A DNA stretch of 64,000 nucleotides from Eledone cirrhosa (lineage: Eukaryota): assembly GCA_964016885.1 (NCBI GenBank), contig CAXHJY010001640.1:1-64000 (forward strand), written 5' to 3'. This document shows positions 46,901-60,500 of this stretch, one piece after another. The position numbers were made by a program, and so were the translations under genes. Positions within the stretch are counted from its first letter, which is position 1; the number at the start of each line of letters is the position of its first letter. The notes below the pieces were generated by a model. That model worked only from the letters and a program-made list of their open reading frames with translations, was not told where the DNA came from and did no database searches.

Positions 46901-48622
46901 TTCAAGAAGACAAATATACCAGACACAAAGAAAAAACAATGTTTGTGCGATCCCTTCTAGTCTATTTTAACCCTTTCTCATTTCTTATTATCGCTTCCAC
47001 GAGCCAATACACTTCTAGCTACTGATTTCTATCCTTTGAGGTAAATTTTGCCCGACGCGGCCATTGACGGCATTTTGCTGTTTTAACAGCTTGCTTGCGC
47101 TGAGTTCTTCCAATTACTCTATGAATTCTAACACACTCGCGTTTCAAACTCGATATTCCAGGTACATTTGTTTAAAAGTATTATTATTTACTCACAATAC
47201 CCCCAAAATATTGACAGCGATGACGATGGGATTCCATCGGTTTCAACAATGAGTGCTCACGCTGGTCAATCAACAAAACAGCCTACACGAAATTAACGAG
47301 TAAATGGCAAAGCATTCCACAGACACGTGTACACTAAACACAATTCTTAGGGAGATTCAGTATGACAAAGTGTGCTTCAAGGCTGGTTCTATCACAGGTA
47401 ATGCTATGTATGTACAAATGAGATACATTTCGTTATTGTGAATGTAGTCGTTTTTATTTTTTGTACTACGTGTGTAGGGATATGAGCATGTTGGAGTGCT
47501 GTATATTCTGTTAGTGGTGGGTGTGTCTGTGTGTATTGTCAGTTTGTGTGTCTTGGTGTATGTATGTCTGTGCGCCTGGAGGTACTATGAGTGTGTGGGG
47601 GTCGGTCTATGTGTGTGTGTTTTGTGTATTGCTAATCGGAGTGTGTGTGTGTCTGCGTGTGTGTGTGTGTGTGTGTGTCTGCGTGTGTGTGTGTCTGTGT
47701 ATATGTCTCTCTGTTAGTGTGTGTCTATGTGAGTATATGAGATTGTGCTTGTATATGAATGTGTACCGGTGTGTATGTCAGTGAATTTGTGTGCACGAGT
47801 TTGTACGTGTGTATGTGTGTCTATCTGCATCTGTGGTCCGTGAGAAGAGATATCCAAAGCGTGTCTTCCGAAGTTTCTGTTGTTGGATTTCGGCAAGGCT
47901 ATATACCAGTGCTGAAAAACGTGCTTCTTTGAGAGATCGTCATTAGTTAGGAAGCTATTTGACAGTTGATGTTGACAAGTAGATGGATAACCTTTTTATG
48001 ACCACATTTCTAATGAAATACAATCTATTTTAATTAATAATTTTGAAGGATTTACTAAAATTATCAATAATTTCATTACTAAGATAGTAACTTAATGTGA
48101 GGTTGGTATGTAAAATTATGTTGGACAATTTTAATTTGAATTGGAAATCTTTAAAATGGGTGGTTTTTACATAGCAAGAAAACGGAAGAGGGGAAAAAGG
48201 AAAAAGATAAAATAAATTAAGCAATGAAAGAAAGGGAAAGGGGGAGCAACAGATTCGACACCCCATGAGATATACGTGTGTGTGATTTGGTTATATTCTT
48301 GTGTATGTGTAGGGGAGGGGAGTTTCACTCCTTGACTGTATTCGTGTGTATTGCCAATGTGTGTGTGAGTGTGTGTTTGTATGTGCGTGTGTATGAATGT
48401 GTGTCTGCCGGGTCTACGTGTGTGTGTTTGTATGTGTGTGTGTATGGATGTGCGCTTGTCGTGTCTACGTGTCTGTGTATGGATGTGTATCTGTCGTGTC
48501 TACGTGTGTATGTATTGTATGTATGTGTGTGTATGGATGTGTGCTTGTCGTGTCTACGTGTGGGTGTGTTTGTATGTGTGTCTACTTCGATTTATGTGTG
48601 TTTATTGGTTTTATTTGTATGT

Positions 48623-49493
48623 AGGCGGTGGATTGGCAGTATCGATAGAGGGTCGGACGCCATGCTTTGAAGCATAGAGTTACGGCCCTTTATGATCTGA
48701 GTTCAAATCCCGCCGAGGTTAACTTTGCCTTTCATCCTTACGGGGTCGATAAAATAAAGTGCCAGTCACGCAGGTTATCTTTGCCTTTCATCCTTTGTGA
48801 AGGCGCATGGCTTAGTGGTTAAAGCATTGGGCTTGCAATCGAAAGGTTGTGAGTTCGATTCTTGGACCGGGTGATGTGTTGTGTCCTTGAGCAAGACACT
48901 TTATTTCACGTTGCTCCAGTTTACTCAGCTGTAGAAATGGGTGGCAGTAGTTCCAGCTGCACACATCGAAAGACTGGTGTAGTGGTTCTGAGAACAATGA
49001 GGCTTTGCAGATGATCAATGCGCATTGACAATGGAAGGGTGCTCCCGCTCGAGTTAGAAGAGAACTATTGACCTTCAGGAGAAGCAGCGACCCCTGATTG
49101 TATTCAGCAACCGAAACAAATATGTAGTACACCAAATCCAATGCTCCTAGGGGCGGCCCTGGTTCTTCTTATTTGCGAGTGTAAACTCGGCCAGATTAGA
49201 TTAGATTCATCCTTACGGGGTCGATAAAATAGAGTACCAGTAATGTATTGGTGTCGATTTAATCGACTTTCCCTTCCCTCAAAATTGTTTGTGCCTATAG
49301 TAAAAAGTGGATTGAAAGTATCGGTAGAGGATCGGACGCCATGCTTTGACGCATAGAGTTACGGCCCTTGCCATTCTGAGTTCAAATCCCGCCGAGGTTA
49401 ACTTTGCCTTTCATCCTTACGGGGTCGATAAAATAAAGTACCAGTAATGTACTGGGATAATTGCTGGCCTTGTGCCAAAAAATAGAAACAATT
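48623..49493 (+). mobile_element. Nested SINE cluster (family 1 copies at 48623, 49206 and 49307; a different tRNA-headed SINE at 48800-49206)
   Basis: A/B boxes (tggcttagtggtt; gagttcgattc), (attag)n tail, and duplicated ttcatcctt flanking the inner SINE. Confidence 0.85.
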
Positions 49494-49826
49494 ATCTGTT
49501 TGTATGTGTGTGTAGGTATGTGTCGATGTAGTGTATATTTAGTTCCTGGTAGCGTGTGTGTTTCATGTATTATCAGTGTGTATGTGTGCGTGTGTGAGTG
49601 TGTATGCACGCGCACATATTGTTCTGTCTACGTATGTGCTTTATGTGTATTGCCAATGGGAGTGTGTGTCTGTATGTGTGTGTGGTATGTGCGCGCGTGT
49701 AGGTGAGTGTCTTTTGGGTTGCGTGTGCGTGTTGAGGTAACTTCATATGTGTGATTGTATGTGTACCAATTTGGATGTGTATGTGTCCACGTGTATACAT
49801 GTATATATGTATATAAATATATGTAT

Positions 49827-50500
49827 ATAAACGGAAAAAATGAAACGATATTTCATTTCCCACTCTTAGTACGGCTGTTACTTAAATATAAGTATGTATA
49901 CGTACATACATATATGTATACCGACGTACAGTAGTATGTATATATATATATACATATATGTATATATATATATACATACATGCACACATATATATATGCA
50001 CGTATGGATTCACCGAACATTTATTATAATGCTCGGTGTGTTTGTAAACAAACATCCCGTATTAAGCCGTAGTGTCTAGCAACCACCGTTGCTCGTTTGT
50101 TCAACACTGACAAAGAAACGCTGTACTAGTTTCAAGCTTGTTAGCTATCGTCAGCAACGTATACCTTCCTGCCAGATTGTTGAACGTATATACTTACCTT
50201 ATGCATATTAACGGCTGAGTAGCCCAATTTGCATATCGAGTGGGTTAATCGGCCGGGTGCACCGAAAACGATAAACGGAAAAAATGAAACGATATTTCAT
50301 TTCCCACTCTTAGTACGGCTGTTACTTAAATATAAATATGTACACGTACATACATATATGTATACCGACGTACAGTAGTATGTATATATATATATACATA
50401 CATGCACACATATATATATGCACGTATGGATTCACCGAACATTTATTATAATGCTCGGTGTGTTTGTAAACAAACATCCCGTATTAAGCCGTAGTGTCTA
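49827..50500 (-). mobile_element. Partial tandem (1.5 x ~444 bp) hammerhead-containing repeat, retrozyme/pLTR-like
   Basis: Direct repeats 49827-50078 and 50271-50500 flank a hammerhead; the element is embedded in (TA)n-rich sequence. Confidence 0.75.
50118..50160 (-). ncRNA. Type I minimal hammerhead ribozyme
   Basis: Minus strand: acgttg-CTGACGA-t agct aaca agct t-GAAA-ctag-TA-cagcgt. Confidence 0.85.
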
Positions 50501-50875
50501 TATATGTATATTTATATATGTCTATATATATATATGTGTCTATATATGTATATATGTCTATATATGTATATATATATGTATATATTCAATTTTTTCAATA
50601 ATGTCACTGAGATATATATATATATATGTGGGGGGGGGGGCGTTTGTGTAGGGGTGGGAGTTGTAAGCAGAAACGTAAACACACACACACACATGCATGC
50701 CCTCTAACTTACATGTTTACATCGCAAATTTTCAAACCTAGAATGTTTTGGCGTGTGTATGTGTAGTCATTTGTGTATGTATATGTATGTTTGCATATAT
50801 ATATATTCCCTCGCGTGTTTGTGGCTATGCATATGCGTGTATGCGTATGGTTTTCTGTGGTGGTGGTGGCGTGTG

Positions 50876-50941
<66 letters not shown>

Positions 50942-50946
50942 TGTGT

Positions 50947-51002
<56 letters not shown>

Positions 51003-51019
51003 ATGAATTTGAACAAAAG

Positions 51020-51500
51020 TTCTAAAGTTCGCTTCGCAATCATTAGGTCCCGGGTTACATCCCATTATCTCGAACCTTGGGCAAGTGACATTTACTATAG
51101 CCTCGGGTTGACCCATGCCTTGTGAAGGAAAATGGGTTGACTAGATCTGCCAACCTCTAAAAACTCAAACGGGGAGTACCATGAAAAAAGTGCTCTAAAA
51201 CGGGGAGGAATGAGGCAAAATGGGGAGATTCTGCATAATGATTGCGACACTCATTTACACAAGAGAGGACATCTCTCACCCACTCCAAAGTGGGTGGGAG
51301 TTCTCCCCGTCGGACGGGGAAAGGTGACAGGTCTGGGGTAGAAGGAAACTGTTTGGAAGCCCGTCAGATTGACTAGCGTGCTTGTAATTCAAAGGACCAG
51401 CTTTCTCACACACTGAGAATAACGATATTGATGTGCCTGTGGAATGCTCAGCCACTTACACGTTAACTTCATGAGCAGGCTATTCAGTTGATCGAATAAC
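51020..51500 (+). mobile_element. SINE (family 2 body) interrupted by a MITE and by the satellite
   Basis: ccttgggcaagtg...tatagcctcggg..gacccatgccttgtga...gtaattcaaagg...gagcaggctattcagttgatcgaataac; resumes at 63487. Confidence 0.8.
51142..51335. mobile_element. hAT-like MITE
   Basis: Imperfect TIRs tagatctgccaacct / aggtgacaggtctg; degenerate 8-bp TSD gggttgac / gggtagaa. Confidence 0.65.
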
Positions 51501-54500
51501 GTGTGTGTGTATGGATGTGTATCTGTCGTGTCTACGTGTGTGTGTATTATATGTGTGTGTGTATGGATGTGTATCTGTCGTGTCTACGTGTGTGTGTATT
51601 ATATGTGTGTGTGTATGGATGTGTATCTGTCGTGTCTACGTGTGTGTGTATTATATGTGTGTGTGTATGGATGTGTATCTGTCGTGTCTACGTGTGTGTG
51701 TATTATGTGTGTGTCTGTGTATGGATGTGTATCTGTCGTGTCTACGTGTGTGTGTATTATATGTCTGTGTGTGTATGGATGTGTATCTGTCGTGTCAACG
51801 TGTGTGTGTATTTTATGTGGGTGTGTATCTGTCGTGTCTACATGTGTGTGTATTATATGTGTGTGTGTATGGATGTGTATCTGTCGTGTCTACGTGTGTG
51901 TGTATTATATGTGTGTGTGTATGGATGTGTATCTGTCGTGTCTACGTGTGTGTGTATTATGTGTGTGTCTGTGTATGGATGTGTATCTGTCGTGTCTACG
52001 TGTGTGTGTATTATATGTCTGTGTGTGTATGGATGTGTATCTGTCGTGTCTACGTGTGTGTGTATTATATGTGTGTGTGTATGGGTGTGTATCTGTCGTG
52101 TCTACGTGTGTGTGTATTATATGTCTGTGTCTGTATGGATGTGTATCTGTCGTGTCTACGTGTGTGTGTATTTTATGTGTGTGTGTATGGGTGTGTATCT
52201 GTCGTGTCTACATGTGTGTGTATTATATGTGTGTGTGTATGGATGTGTATCTGTCGTGTCTACGTGTGTGTGTATTATATGTGTGTGTGTATGGATGTGT
52301 ATCTGTCGTGTCTACGTGTGTGTGTATTATGTGTGTGTGTGTGTATGGGTGTGTATCTGTCGTGTCTACGTGTGTGTGTATTATATGTCTGTGTGTGTAT
52401 GGATGTGTATCTGTCGTGTCTACGTGTGTGTGTATTATGTGTGTGTCTGTGTATGGATGTGTATCTGTCGTGTCTACGTGTGTGTGTATTATATGTCTGT
52501 GTGTGTATGGATGTGTATCTGTCGTGTCTACGTGTGTGTGTATTATATGTCTGTGTGTGTATGGATGTGTATCTGTCGTGTCTACGTGTGTGTGTATTAT
52601 ATATGTGTGTGTGTATGGGTGTGTATCTGTCGTGTCCACGTGTGTGTGTATTATATGTGTGTGTGTATGGGTGTGTATCTGTCGTGTCTACGTGTGTGTG
52701 TATTATATGTGTGTGTGTGTGGATGTGTATCTGTCGTGTCTGTGTGTGTGTATTATATATGTGTGTGTGTATGGGTGTGTATCTGCCGTGTCCACCTGTG
52801 TGTGTATTATATGTGTGTGTGTGTGTATGGGTGTGTATCTGTCGTGTCTACGAGTGTGTGTAGTATATGTGTGTGTGTGTATGGATGTGTACCTGTCGTG
52901 TCTATGTGTGTGTGTATTATATGTGTGTGTGTATGGATGTGTATCTGCCGTGTCTACGTGTGTGTGTATTATGTGTGTGTGTGTGTGTGTGTGTATAGGT
53001 GTGTATATGTCGTGTCTACGTGTGTGTGTATTATGTGTGTGTGTGTGTATGGATGTGTATCTGTCGTGTCTACGTGTGTGTGTATGGGTGTGTATCTGTC
53101 GTGTCTACGTGTGTGTGTATTATATGTGTGTGTGTATGGGTGTGTATCTGTCGTGTCTATGTGTGTGTGTATTATGTGTGTGTGTGTGTATGGGTGTGTA
53201 TCTGTCGTGTCTACGTGTGTGTGTATTATATGTGTGTGTGTGTATGGGTGTGTATCTGTCGTGTCTACGTGTGTGTGTATTATATGTGTGTGTGTATGGA
53301 TGTGTATCTGTCGTGTCTACGTGTGTGTGTATTATATGTCTGTGTGTGTATGGGTGTGTATCTGTCGTGTCTACGTGTGTGTGTATTATATGTGTGTGTG
53401 TATGGATGTGTATCTGCCGTGTCTACGTGTGTGTGTATTATATGTGTGTGTGTGTATGGATGTGTATCTGTCGTGTCTACGTGTGTGTGTATTATGTGTG
53501 TGTGTGTGTGTGTATGGGTGTGTATCTGTCGTGTCTACGTGTGTGTGTATTATATGTGTGTGTGTGTGTGTGGATGTGTATCTGTCATGTCTACGTATGT
53601 GTGTATTATATGTGTGTGTGTGTGTATGGATGTGTATCTGTCGTGTGTACGTGTGTGTGTATTATATATGTGTGTGTGTATGGATGTGTATCTGTCGTGT
53701 CTACGTGTGTGTGTATTATATGTGTGTGTGTATGGATGTGTATCTGTCGTGTCTATGTGTGTGTGTATTATGTGTGTGTGTGTGTGTATGGGTGTGTATC
53801 TGTCGTGTCTACGTGTGTGTGTATTATATGAGTGTGTGTGTATGGGTGTGTATCTGTCGTGCCTACGTGTGTGTGTATTATATGTGTGTGTGTGTATGGA
53901 TGTGTATCTGTCGTGTCTACGTGTGTGTGTATTATATGTGTGTGTGTGTGTATGGATGTGTATCTGTCGTGTCTACATGTGTGTGTGTATAGATGTGTAT
54001 CTGTCGTGTCTACGTGTGTGTGTATTATATGTCTGTGTGTGTATGGATGTGTATCTGTCGTGTCTATGTGTGTGTGTATTATATGTGTGTGTGTGTATGG
54101 ATGTGTATCTGTCGTGTCTACGTGTGTGTGTATTATATGTGTGTGTGTATAGATGTGTATCTGTCGTGTCTATGTGTGTGTGTATTATATATGTGTGTGT
54201 ATGGGTGTGTATCTGTCATGTCTACGTGTGTGTCTATTATATGTGTGTGTGTATGGATGTGTATCTGTCATGTCTACGTGTGTGTGTATTATATGTGTGT
54301 GTGTGTATGGATGTGTATCTGTTGTGTCTACGTGTGTGTGTATTATATGTCTGTGTGTGTATGGGTGTGTATCTGTCGTGTCTACGTGTGTGTGTATTAT
54401 ATGTGTGTGTGTATAGATGTGTATCTGTCGTGTCTACGTGTGTGTGTATTATATGTCTGTGTGTGTATGGATGTGTATCTGTCGTGTCTACGTGTGTGTG

Positions 54501-57500
54501 TATTATATGTGTGTGTGTGTGGATGTGTATCTGTCGTGTCTACGTGTGTGTGTATTATATGTGTGTGTGTGTATGGGTGTGTATCTGTCGTGTCTACGTG
54601 TGTGTGTATTATATGTGTGTGTGTGTGCGTGTGTATGGGTGAGTATCTGTCGTGTCTACGTGTGTGTGTATTATATGTGTGTGTGTGTATGGGTGTGTAT
54701 CTGTCGTGTCTACGTGTGTGTGTATTATATGTGTGTTTGTGTATGGGTGTGTATCTGTCGTGTCTACGTGTGTGTGTATTATATGTCTGTGTGTATGGAA
54801 GTATATCTGTCGTGTCTACGTGTGTGTGTATTATATGTGTGTGTGTGTATGGATGTGTATCTGTCGTGTCTACGTGTGTGTGTATTATGTGTCTGTGTGT
54901 ATGGATGTGTATCTATCTGTCGTGTCTACATGTGTGTGTATTATATGTCTGTGTGTGTATGGATGTGTATCTGTCGTGTCTACGTGTGTGTGTATTATGT
55001 GTGTGTCTGTGTATGGATGTGTATCTGTCGTGTCTACGTGTGTGTGTATTATATGTGTGTGTGTATGGATGTGTATCTGTCGTGTCTACGTGTGTGTGTA
55101 TTATATGTCTGTGTGTGTATGGATGTGTATCTGTCGTGTCTACGTGTGTGTGTATTATATATGTGTGTGTGTATGGGTGTGTATCTGTCGTGTCCACGTG
55201 TGTGTGTATTATATGTGTGTGTGTGTATGGATGTGTACCTGTCGTGTCTATGTGTGTGTGTATTATATGTGTGTGTGTGTATATGGATGTGTACCTGTCG
55301 TGTCTACGTGTGTGTGTATTATATATGTGTGTGTGTATGGGTGTGTATCTGTCGTGTCCACGTGTGTGTGTATTATATGTGTGTGTGTGTGTGTATGGGT
55401 ATGTATCTGTCGTGTCTACGTGTGTGTGTATTATGTGTGTGTGTGTGTATGGGTGTGTATCTGTCGTGTCTACGTGTGTGTGTATTAAATGTGTGTGTGT
55501 ATGGATGTGTATCTGTTGTGTCTATGTGTGTGTGTATTATGTGTGTGTGTGTGTATGGGTGTGTATCTGTCGTGTCTACGTGTGTGTGTATTATATGTGT
55601 GTGTGTGTATGGATGTGTATCTGTCGTGTCTACGTGTGTGTGTATTATATGTGTGTGTGTGTATGGATGTGTATCTGTCGTGTCTACGTGTGTGTGTATT
55701 TTATGTGTGTGTGTGTGTGTGTGTATGGATGTGTATCTGTCGTGTCTACGTGTGTGTGTATTATATGTGTGTGTGTGCATGGGTGTGTATCTGTCGTGTC
55801 TACGTGTGTGTGTATTATATGTGTGTGTGTGTGTGTGTATGGGTGTGTATCTGTCGTGTCTAGGTGTGTGTGTATTTTATGTGTGTGTGTGTGTGTATTT
55901 TATGTGTGTGTGTGTGTGTATGGATGTGTATCTGTCGTATCTACGTGTGTGTGTATTTTATGTGTGTGTCTGTGTGTATGGATGTGTATCTGTCGTGTCT
56001 ACGTGTGTGTGTATTTTATGTGTGTGTGTGTGTGTGTATGGATGTGTATCTGTCGTGTCTACGTGTGTGTGTATTATGTGTGTGTGTGTGTGTATGGGTG
56101 TGTATCTGTCGTGTCTACGTGTGTGTGTATGGGTGTGTATCTGTCGTGTCTACGTGTGTGTGTATTATATGTGTGTGTGTGTGGATGTGTATCTGTCGTG
56201 TTTACGTGTGTGTGTATTATATGTGTGTGTGTGTATGGATGTGTATCTGTCGTGTCTACGTGTGTGTGTATTATATGTGTGTGTGTGTGGATGTGTATCT
56301 GTCGTGTCTACGTGTGTGTGTATTATATGTGTGTGTGTGTATGGATGTGTATCTGTCGTGTCTACGTGTGTGTGTATTATATGTGTGTGTGTGTATGGAT
56401 GTGTATCTGTCGTGTCTACGTGTGTGTGTATTATATGTCTGTGTGTGTATGGGTGTGTATCTGTCGTGTCTACGTGTGTGTGTATTATATGTGTGTGTGT
56501 ATAGATGTGTATCTGTCGTGTCTACGTGTGTGTGTATTATATGTCTGTGTGTGTATGGGTGTGTATTTGTCGTGTCTATGTGTGTGTGTATTATATGTGT
56601 GTGTGTATGGATGTGTATCTGTCGTGTCTACGTGTGTGTGTATTATATGTGTGTGTGTATGGATGTGTATCTGTCGTGTCTATGTGTGTGTGTATTATAT
56701 GTGTGTGTGTATGGATGTGTATCTGTCATGTCAACGTGTGTGTGTATTATATGTGTGTGTGTGTATGGGTGTGTATCGGTCGTGTCTACGTGTGTGTGTA
56801 TTATATGTGTGTGTCTGTGTGTATGGGTGTGTATCTGTCGTGTCTACGTGTGTGTGTATTATATGTGTGTGTGTGTATGGGTGTGTATCTGTCGTGTCTA
56901 CGTGTGTGTGTATTATATGTGTGTTTGTTTATGGGTGTGTATCTGTCGTGTCTACGTGTGTGTGTATTATATGTGTGTGTGTGTATGGATGTGTATCTGT
57001 CGTGTCTACGTGTGTGTGTATTTTATGTGTGTGTGTGTGTGTATGGATGTGTATCTGTCGTGTCTACGTGTGTGTGTATTATATGTCTGTGTGTATGGAA
57101 GTATATCTGTCGTGTCTACGTGTGTGTGTATTATATGTGTGTGTGTGTATGGATGTGTATCTGTCGTGTCTACATGTGTGTGTTTTATATGTCTGTGTGT
57201 GTATGGATGTGTATCTGTCGTGTCTACGTGTGTGTGTATTATGTGTGTGTCTGTGTATGGATGTGTATCTGTCGTGTCTACGTGTGTGTGTGTATGGATG
57301 TGTATCTGTCGTGTCTACGTGTGTGTGTATTATATGTCTGTGTGTGTATGGATGTGTATCTGTCGTGTCTACGTGTGTGTGTATTATATATGTGTGTGTG
57401 TATGGGTGTGTATCTGTCGTGTCCACGTGTGTGTGTATTATATGTGTGTGTGTGTGTATGGGTGTGTATCTGTCGTGTCTACGTGTGTGTGTATTATATG

Positions 57501-60500
57501 TGTGTGTGTGTATGGATGTGTACCTGTCGTGTCTATGTGTGTGTGTATTATATGTGTGTGTGTGTATGGATGTGTACCTGTCGTGTCTACGTGTGTGTGT
57601 ATTATATATGTGTGTGTGTTTGGGTGTGTATCTGTCGTGTCCACGTGTGTGTGTATTATATGTGTGTGTGTGTGTATGGGTGTGTATCTGTCGTGTCTAC
57701 GTGTGTGTGTATTATATGTGTGTGTGTGTATGGATGTGTACCTGTCGTGTCTATGTGTGTGTGTATTATATGTGTGTGTGTGTATGGATGTGTACCTGTC
57801 GTGTCTACGTGTGTGTGTATTATATATGTGTGTGTATTTGGGTGTGTATCTGTCGTGTTCACGTGTGTGTGTATTATATGTGTGTGTGTATGGATGTGTA
57901 TCTGTCGTGTCTATGTGTGTGTGTATTATATATGTGTGTGTGTATGGGTGTGTATCTGTCGTGTCTACGTGTGTGTGTATTATATATGTGTGTGTGTTTG
58001 GGTGTGTATCTGTCGTGTCCACGTGTGTGTGTATTATATGTGTGTGTGTGTGTATGGGTGTGTATCTGTCGTGTCTACGTGTGTGTGTATTATATGTGTG
58101 TGTGTGTATGGATGTGTACCTGTCGTGTCTATGTGTGTGTGTATTATATGTGTGTGTGTGTATGGATGTGTACCTGTCGTGTCTACGTGTGTGTGTATTA
58201 TATATGTGTGTGTGTTTGGGTGTGTATCTGTCGTGTCCACGTGTGTGTGTATTATATGTGTGTGTGTATGGATGTGTATCTGTCGTGTCTATGTGTGTGT
58301 GTATTATATATGTGTGTGTGTATGGGTGTGTATCTGTCGTGTCCACGTGTGTGTGTATTATATGTGTGAGTGTGTGTATGGGTGTGTATCTGTCGTGTCT
58401 ACGTGTGTGTGTATTATATGTGTGTGTGTGTATGGATGTGTACCTGTCGTGTCTATGTGTGTGTGTATTATATGTGTGTGTGTATGGATGTGTATCTGCC
58501 GTGTCTACGTGTGTGTGTATTATGTGTGTGTATGTGTGTATGGGTGTGTATATGTCGTGTCTACGTGTGTGTGTATTATGTGTGTGTGTGTGTATGGGTG
58601 TGTATATGTCGTGTCTACGTGTGTGTGTATTATATGTGTGTTTGTGTATGGGTGTGTATCTGTCGTGTCTACGTGTGTGTGTATTATATGTGTGTGTGTA
58701 TGGATGTGTATCTGTCGTGTCTACGTGTGTGTGTATTATATGTGTGTGTGTATGGATGTGTATCTGTCGTGTCTACGTGTGTGTGTATTATATGTGTGTG
58801 TGTGTATGGATGTGTATCTGTCGTGTCTACGTGTGTGTGTATTATATGTGTGTGTGTATGGATGTGTATCTGTCGTGTCTACGTGTGTGTGTATTATATG
58901 TGTGTGTGTGTATGGATGTATATCTGTCGTGTCTACGTGTGTGTGTATTATATGTGTGTGTGTGTATGGATGTGTATCTGTCGTGTCTACGTGTGTGTAT
59001 GTATGGGTGTGTATCTGCCGTGTCTACGTGTGTGTGTATTATGTGTGTGTGTGTGTGTGTGTATAGGTGTGTATATGTCGTGTCTACGTGTGTGTGTATT
59101 ATATGTGTGTGTGTGTATGGATGTGTATCTGTCGTGTCTACGTGTGTGTGTATTATATGTGTGTGTGTATGGATGTGTATCTGTCGTGTCTACGTGTGTG
59201 TGTATTATATGTGTGTGTGTGTATGGATGTGTATATGTCGTGTCTACGTGTGTGTGTATTATATGTGTGTGTGTGTATGGGTGTGTATCTGTCGTGTCTA
59301 CGTGTGTGTGTATTATATGAGTGTGTGTGTATGGGTGTGTATCTGTCGTGTCTACGTGTGTGTGTATTATATGTGTGTGTGTGTATGGATGTGTATCTGT
59401 CGTGTCTACGTGTGTGTGTATTATATATGTGTGTGTGTGTGTATGGATGTGTATCTGTCGTGTCTACGTGTGTGTGTATTGTATGTGTGTGTGTGTATGG
59501 ATGTGTATCTGTCGTGTCTACGTTTGTGTGTATTATATGAGTGTGTGTGTATGGGTGTGTATCTGTCGTGTCTACGTGTGTGTGTATTATATGTGTCTGT
59601 GTGTATAGATGTGTATCTGTCGTGTCTACGTGTGTGCGTATTATATGTGTGTGTGTGTATGGGTGTGTATCTGTCGTGTCTACGTGTGTGTGTATTATAT
59701 GTGTGTGTGTGTGTGTATGGATGTGTATCTGTCGTGTCTACATGTGTGTGTATTATATGTCTGTGTGTGTATGGATGTGTATCTGTCGTGTCTACGTGTG
59801 TGTGTATTATATGAGTGTGTGTGTATGGATGTGTATCTGTCGTGTCTACGTGTGTGTGTATTATATATGTGTGTGTGTGTGTATGGATGTGTATCTGTCG
59901 TGTCTACGTGTGTGTGTATTATATGAGTGTGTGTGTATCTGTCGTGTCTACGTGTGTGTGTATTATATGTCTGTGTGTGTATGGATGTGTATCTGTCGTG
60001 TCTACGTGTGTGTGTATTATATGAGTGTGTGTATGGATGTGTATATGTCGTGTCTACGTGTGTGTGTATTATATGTGTGTGTGTGTATGGGTGCGTATCT
60101 GTCGTGTCTACGTGTGTGTGTATTATATGAGTGTGTGTGTATGGATGTGTATCTGTCGTGTCTACGTGTGTGTGTATTATATGTGTGTGTGTGTGTATGG
60201 ATGTGTACCTGTCGTGTCTACGTGTGTGTGTATTATATGTTTGTGTGTGTATGGATGTGTATCTGTCGTGTCTACGTGTGTGTGTATTATATATGTGTGT
60301 GTGTGTGTATGGATGTGTATCTGTCGTGTCTACGTGTGTGTGTATTATATGAGTGTGTGTGTATGGGTGTGTATCTGTCGTGTCTACGTGTGTGTGTATT
60401 ATATGTGTCTGTGTGTATAGATGTGTATCTGTCGTGTCTACGTGTGTGTGTATTATATGTGTGTGTGTGTATGGATGTGTACCTGTCGTGTCTACGTGTG

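Noticed and set aside
48800-48875. tRNA gene
   Set aside because: It has A/B boxes but continues into a SINE body and tail; no convincing acceptor stem or poly-T terminator.
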